Shown in pieces: positions 63,340 to 64,000 of a stretch of 64,000 nt of DNA (position 1 is its first letter; each line of letters begins with the position of its first letter). The translations under genes and the position numbers were made by a program. This DNA is from Cetorhinus maximus (Eukaryota). Below the pieces are notes generated by a model. That model searched no databases. It was not told where the DNA came from and saw only the letters and a list, made by a program, of their open reading frames with translations. Where the stretch lies: assembly GCF_964194155.1 (NCBI RefSeq), contig NC_135896.1:57350001-57414000 (forward strand), written 5' to 3'.

Positions 63340-63508
63340 TGATGACAGTTGAGGTCCAATAAATTGTTTTCTCAGTGTGTGCATTCTCAGGTGAATGTAA
63401 AATAATCTGTGCCACACTTTGAAGAAGAGCAGGGGAGTTCTCAGTTTATTGGTGAATATTTCTACATCACCACAATTATCTGTTCATTTACCTCATTGCT
63501 GTTTGTGG
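63340..63508 (+). mobile_element. Deu-domain SINE (SacSINE1/AmnSINE1 superfamily) central fragment
   Basis: 'tctcaggtgaatgtaaaa...tttgaagaagagcaggggagttctc...aatattt...attgctgtttgtgg' matches the Deu domain as I recall it. Truncated by an LTR at 63509. Confidence 0.65.
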
Positions 63509-64000
63509 TGTTGTAATCTGCCTTTAAGGGATTGCAGCATGACATCACTAGAAAATAAGTGTGTCATGTGATCTGGTTTTAGCTTCATTTTTGCTTTTCA
63601 GCAGAGTACAGACACACAGCTCTGCAGCTCTGATGTTTTCAAACTTTATACCTTTGTATAAATGTTCTCATGTGCCTCGTCTCAATAAATGAACCCACAA
63701 TGTGTCTACCCAACCTCTTTTGATTGATTGGTGCCTTTATAACATTATAAAAACACAACATGGTGTGCAGCAGTGATTCCTTCTAAACGGCATGGTGCTC
63801 AGCCTGACAGCAAGATTAAGTACAGGCACAACATGGTGAATGGACTTAAATCATGCTACATGCCATGAGATGACCCTCAACATTTTTGTCAGACCGCAAC
63901 GGAGTCGCAGTGTTGGAGGGTGTTGAAATTACAATGTGGTGACTGTAGGAAAACTTTGAAGACACAGTGCCAGGATAGTGTTCCAGTAAAGAGCTGGTAA
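63509..64000 (+). mobile_element. Gypsy-type LTR (63509-63760) with PBS and start of the internal region
   Basis: Inverted termini tgttgt/acaaca, aataaa at ~63684, followed at once by tggtgtgcagcagtg (similar to the tRNA-Leu PBS TGGTGTCAGAAGTG). Confidence 0.7.

Overview
Eukaryotic, repeat-dominated genomic DNA. The repeat families (HER1/CR1-type LINEs with microsatellite tails, a Deu-domain SINE, Penelope-type short repeats) suggest a cartilaginous fish (inference). I cannot support any intact host protein-coding gene, RNA gene or CRISPR array; every recognisable ORF is a decayed transposon fragment. The window holds many CR1 fragments and one near full-length CR1 (zinc finger/esterase ORF1, APE-RT ORF2). 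It also holds Ty3/Gypsy remnants, including a SCAN-containing Gmr1-type element with integrase before RT, a 1.8-kb non-autonomous LTR element, solo LTRs and a Ty1/Copia remnant. Also present are about ten PIF/Harbinger-type MITEs, a Harbinger Myb/SANT gene remnant, several tRNA-derived SINEs and a repeat-poor island at about 27.5-36 kb. The most notable observation is a single-ORF APE-RT LINE (52190-59305) whose 5' end is a tRNA-derived SINE head with a Pol III B-box. It inserted as one unit into a Copia RT frame and its sense strand is poor in oligo-T. A separate SINE (44616-44909) consists of this LINE's 5' head joined to its 3' tail. All alignments were made by eye, so boundaries are approximate unless a TSD is quoted.
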